Part shown: positions 10,854 through 22,784 of the stretch, piece after piece | How positions within the stretch are numbered: position 1 is the first letter of the stretch | Layout: each line of letters starts with the position of its first letter | Assembly (NCBI GenBank): GCA_051942245.1 | Contig: JAVECL010000251.1 | Span: 1-32,815, forward strand | DNA from: Trypethelium eluteriae | Taxonomy: Eukaryota | Length of the DNA stretch: 32,815 bases | Direction: 5' to 3' | Program-made: the position numbers and the translations under genes | Notes under the pieces: model-generated | Database searches by the model: none | What the model was told of the DNA's origin: nothing | The model's input: only the letters and a program-made list of their open reading frames with translations

Positions 10854-13815
10854 GGTGACCGTGTAGAATGCGGCTAGGTGAATGATGAATAGAAGCCTTT
10901 GGGAGACGCCAGGCGTCGGCTTCAGTAAGTAATATAAACCAGCATCTATACTTGGCTGGCCAAGGAATAATATGTGTACAAAAGTATTTAATGATACCCA
11001 ACGTCTTCGATCGGTATTGTCCAAGTACAACCCCGATTAGGGAGAGGTCAGCATGGTGAATAACCCGTAAGGATAACGTTAGCCAGGTCGTGTTGGGGCA
11101 CTTTGCGTTGCGATGTCACAGTTGGCGAAGATAGCTTCAAGATCCTATTTTTGGATTCCTTCGCCTTGTAGCGCCAGTCATCGTAATACGACAGAAGTTA
11201 AACACAGGAAGTGCGCTTCGCCGATTACCCTTACTTTAACCAGCCGCCATTTTGAGGCCTCAGTCCTTCGCTTTTTGTTCGATTCGTATTGACAGTCTAG
11301 TAGTTGACTTACGGGACGGCCGTGAGATAACCAGAATTTTGATAGTATTCACGATGATGTATTAGTGATTTCAGCGATTCTCGAGGGGTACCAGATCTGT
11401 CTATCTCTGTAAACTCTGTCCAGATGGTGAGGATCGTCGCACATTTCGCAAATTGATACTGTTAAATCTACGAGTTAGGACTTGTTGTACAAACCAACTG
11501 CTGCAGAAGGCCGGCCGGGGTGACATCTAGGCTGGTGTTTGTGTGTGAATTGTTGCAAAGATGTATGGTCTTCCAACGGAAAGATCCTGGTACTTTAGGT
11601 AGGTAGGTAATCCAAGCCAGTTCTACTCCAGTCAAGGTTATGCGAGAACGCAATAAGATTTTTAGAATCGCAAGATGACATTTCTTCGGCTCCGAAAACT
11701 TTGAGAAAAATCTTATGTTCGATCGGAAAGGATCCCATTATCAGTGGCCGACTTCGTGGCTGCTGCGGCTGAAAACAACGCCATTCGCCAAACCCTTGAT
11801 TGATCTCAACGCTAGAGGCATTACGGAGTAGGCAAAGAATAACCCAGTCCGGTCTATCCAGCCAACTCCATTGTTAGTTTCACCCTTTCCGAGGGTTGGA
11901 TCCTAACGATTGGTGGGGAGGTTTGAACAACGGTGAATGTTTGATACGAGACTCGCATGTATGGCAGAGTCACATCAGATAGAGTAGGTATGGCTGATAT
12001 TTGGTAAGACGAGCCACCACATTTCCACATTCAGGCAACGCCAAGCTCATTATCTGTCGTAATCGATCGTGTTTGATGCTGCCCTGGCCCCAGCGCACAA
12101 GTCACGTTCTTTGGAGTAAGAATGACAGTCCCGCCTCGTCCCGGCCGTCCCAGCCTTCCGCACCCTTCCACCATTCCGCGCACAATGTTTGGGGCTGCGT
12201 GGCCTCAACGACACTTGACCTCAACTCCTCGCCCAGATTGTGCTAGTCCTCCGCTGTCTTTTCATTGCGTGGACTTCACGAATTTCCTCACCAACGTCAG
12301 CTTCAAAAGTCCAAAGTAGTAGACGGTACTACGCGACATTGCTCGCGCAGATGAGTGAGATGATCGATGCTGTTGTGTTGCTGAGAGCCTCTGAAGGTTA
12401 TCAAGCGAATATGCAAAATTCAAGGATGCAACCTCTTTTACAGGATGAATAGACTATTTCACACACTTTTGACTTACCGGACAAAATTCTGAAGTACTTG
12501 CTCTTACAAAGTAAGACTTTTCTTCAGTGCCCTCGACGATTGTGCTCGTTCCAGGATCCTTTACTCGGTTTGGAGACACTACACTTTACACGTGTCCTGC
12601 TTGCGGATTTGGCTTCAGCGCATTCTCGAGCCATGCCGAGCGGAAGGAATAAGTCGTGGCTGCTGGGTTTCATCATATACCTTATTCACTGGTCTATTCC
12701 GCATGAGGACATCTCCATGCACCACTTTTAAAGGATAGCCTCACTCCATACCAAGCTTCTGCTCCTCCTGCACAAACCTCCTCCACGAACGGTCAATAAA
12801 CGTGTAGAAACTTCCGTTCAACAGGCCTGCTCGCAGTCATACCCTCATGCAATTGAATTACCGGAAGTTTGTGATGACATTGAAGGCTTCAAGCGCGAAC
12901 CGATATCTTGCACTGCTCAATCTACAATTATACTTTTTGGCTTTCGCTCGCTTTTATCAAGACACCATTTGCTGTCAATCTTGAGGAGACTAAGTGAGTA
13001 CTTCTTGTAACGTCAACCGCTTTTACCGTGCTGTTGTTCTAACCATACTCAACCGTCATTAATTACAAACCCCTTCAAGCACATGAAACATTCCTCCGTT
13101 CCCTCGACCTGTTGATCTACATTGACGGCTGCGTCACCACAATAGTTCAAGCACACCTACAGTCTCGCTCGAACCATTCGGCTTCCAACCGATTGCTTTT
13201 GGGAACATGGCATCTCGCCGACAAATAGAGGCACACACATAGGTCTGCCTCCAATGCATCGTAAATCCGTATCAATGCAGATAAGACACTTCATCATACG
13301 ATAGCTATGCCATTCCTCTTGGACCTTTCATGCAACCCGACAAACCGTAGCCGGTTCACTACCGTGTCTTTGACCTCTCAACCCATCTGGAAAAGCGCTT
13401 TCACAAGGACTTGCTCGGATTGGCCAAGGCAAGGACCCTATAGGTCCACACCACGGTACTGTGTCTTTGCATCAGGTTACTAGGCGGAATACATCTCATG
13501 ACTTGTATGCAAAGTCGGTAGTGAAATGGGTGCCATAACATGCTGCGATCGTCGTGTACATTGGTGGTCCACTACATAAAGTCAAAAGGAGGTACGGGTT
13601 GTCTGTCCCGTCGTCCATTTGACAGCAGTCTCCAAATGACATCATAAACATCAATGCTCGACTTTGATGACAGAGATTGTTCTCTTCAATTACTTATATG
13701 AGGTATGAAATACTTGAAGCATTCGCAGGATATATTGATTACCCCATATTAATTCTTGCATTGCATTTGATTCACGTCGCTTTTCCTTCTTCGGGACTGG
13801 TCCCTCCAATTGATA

Positions 13816-14260
13816 ATGTATTTCGCTTTTGCAACCAGTACTCTCCTCCTCCTTTCTTTCACAGAAATATCTGTTGCCCACCAACGTATAGTACTCCCTA
13901 GCATAGATGGCCAAAAGGACTGGCAGGTGCGGGCTTTGGGTATGACATTCTACTGGGGCTTTCAGAACAAGGTTTCTGGATTGGACATGATCGGAAGAAG
14001 TATAGCCCCTGGTAAGCCAAGGAGCAAAAGGGTTGCGTATCCGAATGCTGACCGAGAGTTTCCATGCATAGGCTACTCCGAGGGTATGTTCAGCTTCTCC
14101 GGCATTAGATTCAGGCACGATCCGAAGCTGACGTCAAAAAGCCCCTGTCATTGTTTTGAAGAACTTATTTGAGAAGAATACCATACTCGTGGGCGGTCAA
14201 CTGCAGGAACTGCTGGAGATGCCGGAGAACATGCCGCGATGATGAATCTAAGAATCGAGA
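13816..14260 (+). CDS. Candidate small secreted protein with His at the predicted mature N-terminus; possibly truncated or a pseudogene; 3' end approximate
   Basis: Signal-peptide-like MYFAFATSTLLLLSFTEISVA|HQRIV. Two canonical introns, 14012-14071 (GTAAGC..GCTGAC..TAG) and 14084-14141 (GTATGT..GCTGAC..AAG), flank a 12-nt micro-exon. Confidence 0.45.
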
Positions 14261-14551
14261 GGAAGCCACAGCGAACAAGGAATGAGAAATACTGGCATTT
14301 TAGATTCCGAGGACCATACCGGCATAAATCATTTTTCCCTAGGACGAAGCAACGAGCAACTGTAGGCAGGTCTGATCTGTTGCTCTATATGTAAATTTAA
14401 TGATGGCAACAAGACAAGTTGACACGGTACTCTTCCACCATTAACAACGGAGTGGAGTGTTGAGGATTGGACTTCCCATCAATCTCAGCGTATCCATAAA
14501 TATAGAGGAGACAATTTACCACCATAGCAACTCTCCAGCAAAGGTTGCTCT

Positions 14552-15638
14552 TCAGAATTTCTCGACCTGATTTTGGGTGTATCCCATTTCCTTCAATAGC
14601 CCACCGAATTTACCTTGGAAGATCGGAATCATTGCCTTGGGACCGCTTACAGTCGTGTAGAAGCTGTCTGGACCACAGACAAAAAGCCTGACGTTTCCAT
14701 CGCTTGGCTTGGGCATTGTCCGTTCTAAGATTTCTCGAGTAATCCGTCCCTTGTCCCCGGTCCATGAAGCGGAGGGCTGACTGACCGTGTAGTGAACATT
14801 GAATTGATCTCCATGTTCCGCCGCGAGTTGGTCGAACTCTTGCTTCAGTAGTATGTCTTCCTCTGTGTGATTTGAGTATAGTAGGCTAATCTTCGTCTTG
14901 TCATTTGGATCGTTCAGAATTCGGCGAACAAGTTGGTAGCATGGGGTGATACCAGCACCACCCGCAATCAGTCCGACCTGGTGGTGCATATTCGTCTTCC
15001 ACTCCGGTCCAGGAAGGGGCCCTTTCATGGACAAAGTATCGCCGGGCTTTAAATTGTGAATGTAGGAAGACATGGATTTCCCAGGGTACCGTTTGATAGT
15101 AAACTCGATAAATCCCTTCTGGGCTACGAAGCCTATGAGCATCTAAACATGACGGGCTTGAGCGGGAGCATACTCTCATCGCTTGTTGGTGTATATGGAC
15201 GCAGTGTCGGAAGTACGCTCCCCGAGGGTGTCCGTGAGGTCAGTATAGCAGCTATACCTAATGAATCTTTGTTTTAAGATCTCAATATTGCATAGTTCTG
15301 CGCTCACAGTTGACAGAAAGACCAGAAGTATCTTCGTCGTTTGGAAACTTGAACCGCAATCTCTTCACATTATGATTTATGTCCTCCGATTCCGCAAGCT
15401 TCAATTCGACCCAGCTCGAGCCCATGCCATTGAAGACTTTTCCAGGCTTACCCACAGCAGGACCTTGGCTTGTTCTTCTTTGGTAAAGAATGAACGCTCC
15501 CGTAACACCCAGCGCAGCAAGGCCGCCCAAACCCCATGCTGATGTTCTTGCCTGTCCCAAGATTAGTTTCAGTAAGACTAGAATGTCAACGTAGTTTACT
15601 TGAACAACGTGCGAAGCCGGGAAAGGTGGTTTGAACAT
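14552..15638 (-). CDS. MCR1: NADH-cytochrome b5 reductase, MCR1-like (about 310 aa; exons 15600-15638, 15308-15551, 15174-15251, 14552-15123)
   Basis: N-terminal hydrophobic anchor, FAD motif LRPYTP, IKRYPG..MS, NAD motif LIAGGAGITP, VCGP, and a C-terminal LLKEMGY...KF. Three GT-AG introns keep the frame. It may be a paralog rather than the main ortholog. Confidence 0.9.
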
Positions 15639-16592
15639 TGTCAAACGAAACGTGACTCCGAGCTTTTGGCATAAATCGAGTCACGAGAAGCCACGGCACT
15701 CTTCGACAAGCTACACACGCGGGCTATATCTAGCATTTCGAAAGCCGGAACTCCCCTTAAGCTCCGTCCCCCAGCTACGGTGATAGCTGACTCATAGGCT
15801 CTAAGAAATTGCCTGTTCGCGGCGCATGTTGGGCTGGAGTGGCTGGGAAGTTGGACCATGCGGGACGGAAAGGTGAAGCCGTCGGCGCGCGGCGTTGACT
15901 GCTGAAATGGGCGGGATTGGTGGGATCGCACTCTGAAGGCTGGGTCGGGCGATTACCGTGTAACTTAGATTCATAGGCCCGACTCCCTGTCAGAAGCCTG
16001 ATTATCCGAGTCTTCGTGAGACTAGAAGGAGCCAGAACGTTTACCTGTTTGTCTGTCCTGTCGGGGGCGTGTCAGAAAGACATGAGAAAGGACGACTAGA
16101 TGGCTTATGCCTGTACCGCAAACAGTAGCAGGTCAAGCATAGTTACGACGAGTTTCATTAGGTTATTCCCCAATCTTTCCCTTCATCTCATCCTGGATTG
16201 TATGATTCCACAAGAACATTATGCACTTCATTGCGAAGTCCGAAGTCGACTCTCGTGTCGAATTCACAGATACCGTATAGGGCATAAACTGGGGGAAGAA
16301 ATCTCTGGGCTGGTGCAAAAATCCTACAATTCTGAGAGTATGCAAGGTCAGTACTCATGTGCGGGAAGCGTGAACAAAGTGGGATTGGTAGTGTTGTGCT
16401 GTCCCAGATTTTTAGGTCTTTCCAGATGTTCGACAGGAGGCCGGGATTGTATTTCTACGCAAATAGTAAAAGCCATCTTTTCTAACTTAAAGTCAATGTG
16501 TGCTGGTCTCAAAAAAAAGGCCCTCGTATTTTTGAGATTTTGCATGATACCTAGTATGATTGCAGTACCTGCGATCAGCTCCAGGCATAGTC

Positions 16593-17980
16593 TCAAACGT
16601 TTAACTCGAAGTCCTCATCTCCCTTATTTTGCACCCATCCCTGCAACACCTCCCTCCTTACATCTTGCTTGACCCGTATCCTGTCTTCAAATGTTTGTGC
16701 ATTTTTCAGCATGCCGTATGTCCCTTCCTTTGCCGTCTTCTTTGCAAAGTTTGTCCTCTCAATGGCTGTTATTGTTTCTACAACAGCCTTGCTCATTCCC
16801 CTTCTACAGATTTTACTCGCACCTCTTGGGTCGCCTTGCTTTCTCCCCTGTATCACGCCTCCTACTAAAGTCTCCTCCCAATCCGGAGTCCAAACCAACC
16901 CGAGATTGCTTGGTACAATTCTCTGGCCATTTTTTGCACCGCGCCTTGAAAATGCAAACTCGCGTGTAGTGGTTTCAACTCTAAAAGGATAGAATCTGTA
17001 ACCACCTGACCAGTCTCTGTGAGAATTGAGGTTGTCGAAACGACCCAAGACACTCAAGGCACGAGAAATAGCTTGGGGGACATGCTGGGACGCAGGCAGG
17101 ATGAGCGATGATATGTACGCATTGCGTGGATGAACAAGCAAGGTCGTCAATGAGATCAGTAAGGAGGTGCATTGCTTGAGCGCTAGTTTGTCTGTGCAAG
17201 ATTTGCTTAGAGTCGCTGGTGCATCGGGTCGCGCTATTGGACAGTAAGTAGCGCCACAGATCATCTTCGTATGGGAGACGTACATGGCTTCCGCCGTACA
17301 ATACCTAATTCCGAGAAATGACCTCGTCCTAGCAAAGACATCTCCTCCATGTCAAACCCATCTATAGGCTGCGCCCGAGCGCTCCATGGCGTGGCGTCCT
17401 GTTGCGCCTCCATAGTAAGCTCCATACTAGCATCGCCACAGGGCGCTTCTGAGCAATACATGTATATCCTAACATCTTCATGAATCTGGAAAGGCTGGTA
17501 GTCCGTGGTTGTTTGAATATCTTTACTGCGAGGAACAAGGCACTTGGACGAAGATAGCCCATCGCTCACAAGCGCAGCGCATTCCTGAATGAGGAATCGG
17601 TTGAAGGCTCGTATGGCTACCGTCTCTGCATGCCAATCATGAAGTATGTTGCCATCTGCTTGTGCAACTTTGGCAGCTGGCAGGCATTTCATGCCAGTAC
17701 TACAAACTTATCATTAGCTTTCAATCATAATCCCACTATAAATGTATAGCTTACCCTATAGCCACACATTGCAGAGGACCGCCATCTTCCTAAGGCGTTC
17801 AATACACAAGATCAAGAAGCGGGTCTTCTGCATACTTCTAGATAATACTATACCACTCAAGGGCACCCATTCCTTGGACTTTTCATCTCTGTGTCGAGGT
17901 TTTCGTTTAGCGGGTAGACGATCAAAAGTGGCAAGAACACAGTCCGCGACACTATTAGGTGAAATGCTAATAGGGGACAT
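16593..17980 (-). CDS. TAD1: tRNA-specific adenosine deaminase (A37 of tRNA-Ala; ADAT1/Tad1), 4 exons
   Basis: Motifs EWVPLSGIV, CVAIGTGMKCLP, LHDWHAE, YCSEAPCGDAS, VRRKPSRPDA and SKSCTDK. Introns: donor at 17835 (acceptor near 17790, uncertain), 17700-17754 and 17234-17283. Confidence 0.95.
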
Positions 17981-18216
17981 TGAAGAGCTTCATCGTCAAT
18001 CTTAGCTCCAACTCGACCGGCGTGTCTCGGGAATTAGGTGGGGCCAGGTAGTCTGTGGAGATTGAGCTTAGGTAGGTGAGGATTGACATCACCGACGTGG
18101 GGAGCGGCAGCTGCTATCGTATCATTTTGTTTTTCTGTCCCTTGCAGCTTCCTCATAACACCGCGAAATATGTGATTGGCAATCAGTTAAAATACTCCGG
18201 AGCCCCGTTCCTCAAG
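17981..18216. promoter_or_regulatory. Short bidirectional promoter region between TAD1 and the NT-C2 gene
   Basis: Only 236 bp separate the divergent ATGs at 17980 (-) and 18217 (+). Confidence 0.7.
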
Positions 18217-19425
18217 ATGCAAGCATTCGGTGAGCTTCTCCACCCATGGAGAGTTTCCGGCGGAAGTGGTCTCGCGCATTCATACCCGAAGGGCTGACGG
18301 ATACTGCAGTTCCAAAGACAAGAAGAGTAAGCCCTCATTGATCTCATTCCTCGGATGATGTAAGCTGATATACTCCCAAAGCCTCGATTTGAGCTTCAAC
18401 TCAAGATTATCGACCTGAACAACGTTCCCCTGGTGTCCGGAACCTCCTTCATTAAATGGCATCTTCCACACTCCACTGCCGCAGAACATCGCGGTCGAAC
18501 AGACAAGTTCATAATCAAAGACCACAAGGTTTCGTATGAATACGAGAAGACGATCCCTTTACGCATGACTATCGATAAGAATGGCATGATGCAAGATACT
18601 CCTGTTCACTTCGAAGTCTTGCAGGAATACTCTTCAGGAGGACGAGGTGAACGCATACAGTTGGGCAATGTCAAGCTTAACCTGGCCGAATACGTCGAGC
18701 CAAGTGACAATGAAGGAGAAGATGGCGTTTGCAGGAGGTATCTCATGCAAGACAGCAAGATCAATAGCACCCTCAAGATCGGCATTTTCATGAAGCAGCT
18801 AGAGGGCGATAGAAATTTCTCGACACCACAATTGAAAGGGGCTCCAGTATTTGGGGGTATAGCGGGAATCATGGCAGGAGAGCAGCAAGGGGAGTCAGAT
18901 GATGTAACAGGTCACATGCCGTCACTCAATACCAAGTCAAGAGAAACGGGAGAGCTCCAAGACATGTATCGCCGTACGCTAGCAGCTTACTGGGCTGCAC
19001 AACCGGGCGAGCTAAAGGCAGACGAGTGCATTGAGGATATCTTCGCGGGTGGGGATGGCTGGGAAGGCAAAGATCAATCCACATCACACCACCCTCGACA
19101 TGATCATATGGCTGTGGGAGAATCTAGCGACGGTGAAGACCATAGTGAGACAGAATCGAGATTTTTGCGTAATTCGAATAAACCCGAGACTGGCAGTAAA
19201 AAGGGAAAAGGTCTTGCAGAATCATTCAGATCGTTACGCGCGCAGCACAAGAAGCACAAGTCGATCGGTGGTGCCGATGGGGTGAGCGGAAGGAGTAGCA
19301 TCGAGCAGCAGGCTAATCAATTGAAGGCTGAAGCAGACAAAAAGCGATCAACACCTTCGCAGGAGGTAGATGAGCTGTCAGTGAGGGAGGATCTAAGGAG
19401 TTGGCGAATATCCTCGTATGGATGA
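18217..19425 (+). CDS. NT-C2 (EEIG1/EHBP1 N-terminal C2) domain protein (exons 18217-18229, 18310-18326, 18382-19425)
   Basis: The spliced N-terminus reads MQAFVPKTRRPRFELQLKIIDLNNVPLVSG..IKW, followed by LGNVKLNLAEY and RRYLMQDSKINSTLKI. Both introns are canonical with GCTGA branch sites. Confidence 0.92.
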
Positions 19426-20347
19426 GATATTGTTGTAAAAAATTAGCTCCCTGTAATCGTTCCAGAAACTTTCGAGTGTCATTACCTAGCTTCCCCGAAT
19501 CAACCAAATAGTGTCTCACCTCAAAATAAGACCCGACAAAGCCCACTTCCGTGGATCCTCCCACTACTCATTATAATTCGTCAAAGTCTATCTCATAAAT
19601 GCTGCTGACCAGATGACTCTGAGGCTCAGACTCAAGGCGGAGAGAACACCCATGGAGAATTTGCCTATGGCCTAACTTTGACTGCAATCTTGCCATCAAA
19701 TTTTGCAATCGCTAAACAGGCATAGTGATTTGCTTCCGCAATAATACTTACCTTAGGTACCTAGATATTTCTCATTTCACAACTCCAGATACGGATGAAA
19801 TTTGGGCCGCTAGGAAGACGGCGAATTCCCTCACCGACATCACTATCATTGTCGGCCAACTTCCGCCGATGGTTACTCGACCACACGAACACTCCAGTCC
19901 CCTTCCCTTTCAGCACACTGGCGTTTATCACCAATCAGCACGTTGACATTTGGAGTCTGTCTGTTGTGGTCGGCTGCACGGTGAGTTCTAAAACAGCGAC
20001 CAACATGAAGTTACCGTAATTGGACACTTCGGCTTCGTTTAAATCGTCTCGCACTCAGTGCGAACTAAAAAGGTGGGGAATCTAGGCCAATGACTCGGAG
20101 CTTCAGTTACACGATGTGCAAGAACATGGCGCAACATGAGAACGGAAGGATAAAGCCTTAATTTGCCGGTCTTTTATCTCACGTAGATATAAAGAGGCAG
20201 ACCTACAGCTGAGTGGAGTTCGTTTCTCCATCCTCAAACACTTTAAGTCTGCGTCGAACACCCAAACAGTCTATCAAGCCTTCAACCTTCTCCCGCCAAT
20301 CTCCAACTCCTATTTCAAAGAGCACTCGTACGTGTTTTCGAATCAAG

Positions 20348-21124
20348 ATGCAAGCATCAACTTCTGCCTATATGGAAGCCGTCAAAACTCGGCGATCGAT
20401 TTATGCTCTCAACAAGAGCTCTCCAATCTCTGACGATCGTATCGAGCAAATCTTTCATGAAGTACTTCTAGCTTCGCCCAGCGCCTTCAATTCTCAAACT
20501 ACTCGCGCCGTTCTGTTGCTTGATGCAGAGCATGAGAAGTTCTGGACTATGGTAGCTAAGCTCGGTGAGAGTAATAGTGGCTGGTCTGAAGAGGTGCTGA
20601 AGAGGCAGAGAGGCAGGTGGGAGATGTTTAAGAACGCCAAAGGATCGGTATGTTCATCAGTCTGCCACACCGGGTCCCTAGACGCTTGCCGTCTCTGCAT
20701 CTCTATAAGACTTAAGCTAACGCTGGCTCTGCTAGATCCTTCTGTTTGAAAGTGGAGCGACAATCAAGAAGAATCAGGAAGGCTATCCGGCTACAGCCGC
20801 GTTGTTTCCAGAATGGTCGCAACATACTCATGTAGGCCATCTGGATTTACCTGACCAGGCTAAGCTCGAGACTAATAGGGGATATAGGGCATTCACGCCG
20901 TGACACTATGGACTGCCCTCGAAGCGGAAGGTCTCGGCGCCAATTTGCAACATAACCAGATGATTGCAGGAGTGGACGAGGAAACCAAGAAGATGTGGAA
21001 TCTCCCCGAGGACTGGGTCCAGTACGCTCAGCTCGTCTTTGGTGGCTTGGAGAGCAAAGAGATGCCTCCTAAGAAAGACAAGCTCCCTCTCACTGAGACC
21101 ACCAGAACGTTTGGAAAGAGTTAA
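20348..21124 (+). CDS. Nitroreductase-family protein, Frm2/Hbn1-like (exons 20348-20647, 20736-20831, 20888-21124)
   Basis: Motifs RRSIYAL, PSAFNSQTTR, LWTALEAEGLGANLQH and AQLVFG. A TATA-like GATATAAAG lies near 20187. Confidence 0.93.
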
Positions 21125-21582
21125 TGTAGCGTCTCTTCGTTCGGTCTAGAGGCTTCCCCTGCATACCGCACAGGCGGAACTTCAGTCTCGTACCTGGGAC
21201 GGTGTTCGTTTTGACTGTGTGCAAGGCTCAGCTTTACAGCCACGGTCTCTGTACGCCATCTCAGCAATGATGTGTTTCATGATTGGACGCAACTAAAGAA
21301 CAGATGAGACGATACAGCATGCTAGGTAGTGAAACGAGAAGAAGGTTTTCTTGACATTCAGTACCGACATATCGTAATGAAAAAGTGAGTGTTGATGCTT
21401 CACGTGTAATCGCGTCACCTCCGCGCTCGCGCACACCACCCCGCCACACGCCGTCACCTCATTTTAGTTTTCTTATCACTTTCCCAATTCGCAACATTCT
21501 TTGCCTAATTCGCCTGTTCCCTATCTTCCGGCGGCCTTGGCATGTCGTACTTATAAACTGTTCCCCTGCCTCCTCCCGGAAA

Positions 21583-22784
21583 ATGCGTCTTACAGACCGT
21601 ATCCAAACTGTCCCCGATGACCCAGAGGAAGCCACGGACCCGGCCGACATCTTCCACGATGCTGTGGGCTCGATATTCAGCGACGATGTGAGGGATCAGC
21701 ATGGGCACCCGAGCGCAACGATACTCTACAAGTCGGAGAAATATGGGACCTTGAAGCTGAAAGTCGCAACTCCGGAGCAGGAACTGGACTGGAGGCTATT
21801 CGCCCACTACTTATGGAATGCGGGTGTGAAGATGGCGATATTGGTAGGCGGAGAAGATGAGAAGTGTGAGGAAGAGGGAAAGATCCCCGCAATGAAAAGT
21901 ATAAAGGGATGGCAGTGGAACGTTGCAGGAGAAAGAGTGCTAGAGCTTGGTAGTGGTGCGGAATTGAAGATGTCGCATGTCTGACAAGGGGCGGACTGAT
22001 GGAGTTTTATTTCTCTTAGGATGTGGACTACCAGGCATAGTGGCTACGCTCGCCGGTGCAACAGAGGTAAGCAACGAATATCAGAATACCCATGAAAAGC
22101 GGTGGTCTCTGAGCTCTTGCATGTCCAATACTCATATGGGTCTTGCACTTCTCCGAACACTTTCACAACTTACCTGTTCTGGCTCCACCGAGCAACAATC
22201 CCTCCCACATCCACTCCTGCAGAGAAGTCTACTTTCAACATCTCTAGTCAGCCAACACTCACGTTCACACTCGCTCCTACCTCTAGGTCAAACTCTCCGA
22301 CTACCCTTCTCCCTCGACCTTCAGAGCTCTCCACCATAATATCGCGACTAACGTCCCCGTCTCCCTTCAATCCGGCATCTCGGCTGCACCGCACGTGTGG
22401 GGCGATTTCTTCACATCCTCACGCTCTCGCTTCCCTTTATCCAGCAGCTGCACGCTTTCAGCCAGCCAACCTCGACATTACACGCGCGTCCTTGCGGCAG
22501 ACACGTACTGGCTGCAATCGCAGCATGCCAACCTCGCGCGCTCTATGCTGCATTTTCTTGCAATGGAAGAGAGAGCGAGAGTGCTGATGATAGCTGGTTT
22601 TCACACGGGGAGGAAAGTCTTGGGAAGATGGTTTGAGACAGCGAAGAAGGAAGGGTTGGACGTGGAGGTGGCGTGGGAAGAGAGCGGGGATGGGGCAGTG
22701 AGGGAATGGATGGTGGGACGGCAGGAGGGATTTGAAGAGGAGAAGAAGTGGATGGTGCTTGCGGTTTTGAAGAGAAAAAGATGA
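21583..22784 (+). CDS. EFM7/NNT1-like SAM-dependent protein methyltransferase (exons 21583-21955, 22020-22066, 22287-22784)
   Basis: Motifs LFAHYLWNAG, VLELGSG-GCGLPGI (motif I), LSDYP, HVWG, LAADTYW and AGFHTGR. The introns are canonical. Confidence 0.88.

Noticed and set aside
10854..11030. N-terminal extension of the GT8 ORF in the track
   Set aside because: It starts at a non-ATG codon. ATG 10853 directly precedes the type II anchor.
12380..12495. RICKIQGCN fragment resembling a C2H2 zinc-finger start
   Set aside because: The His pair is missing and there is no supporting gene structure.
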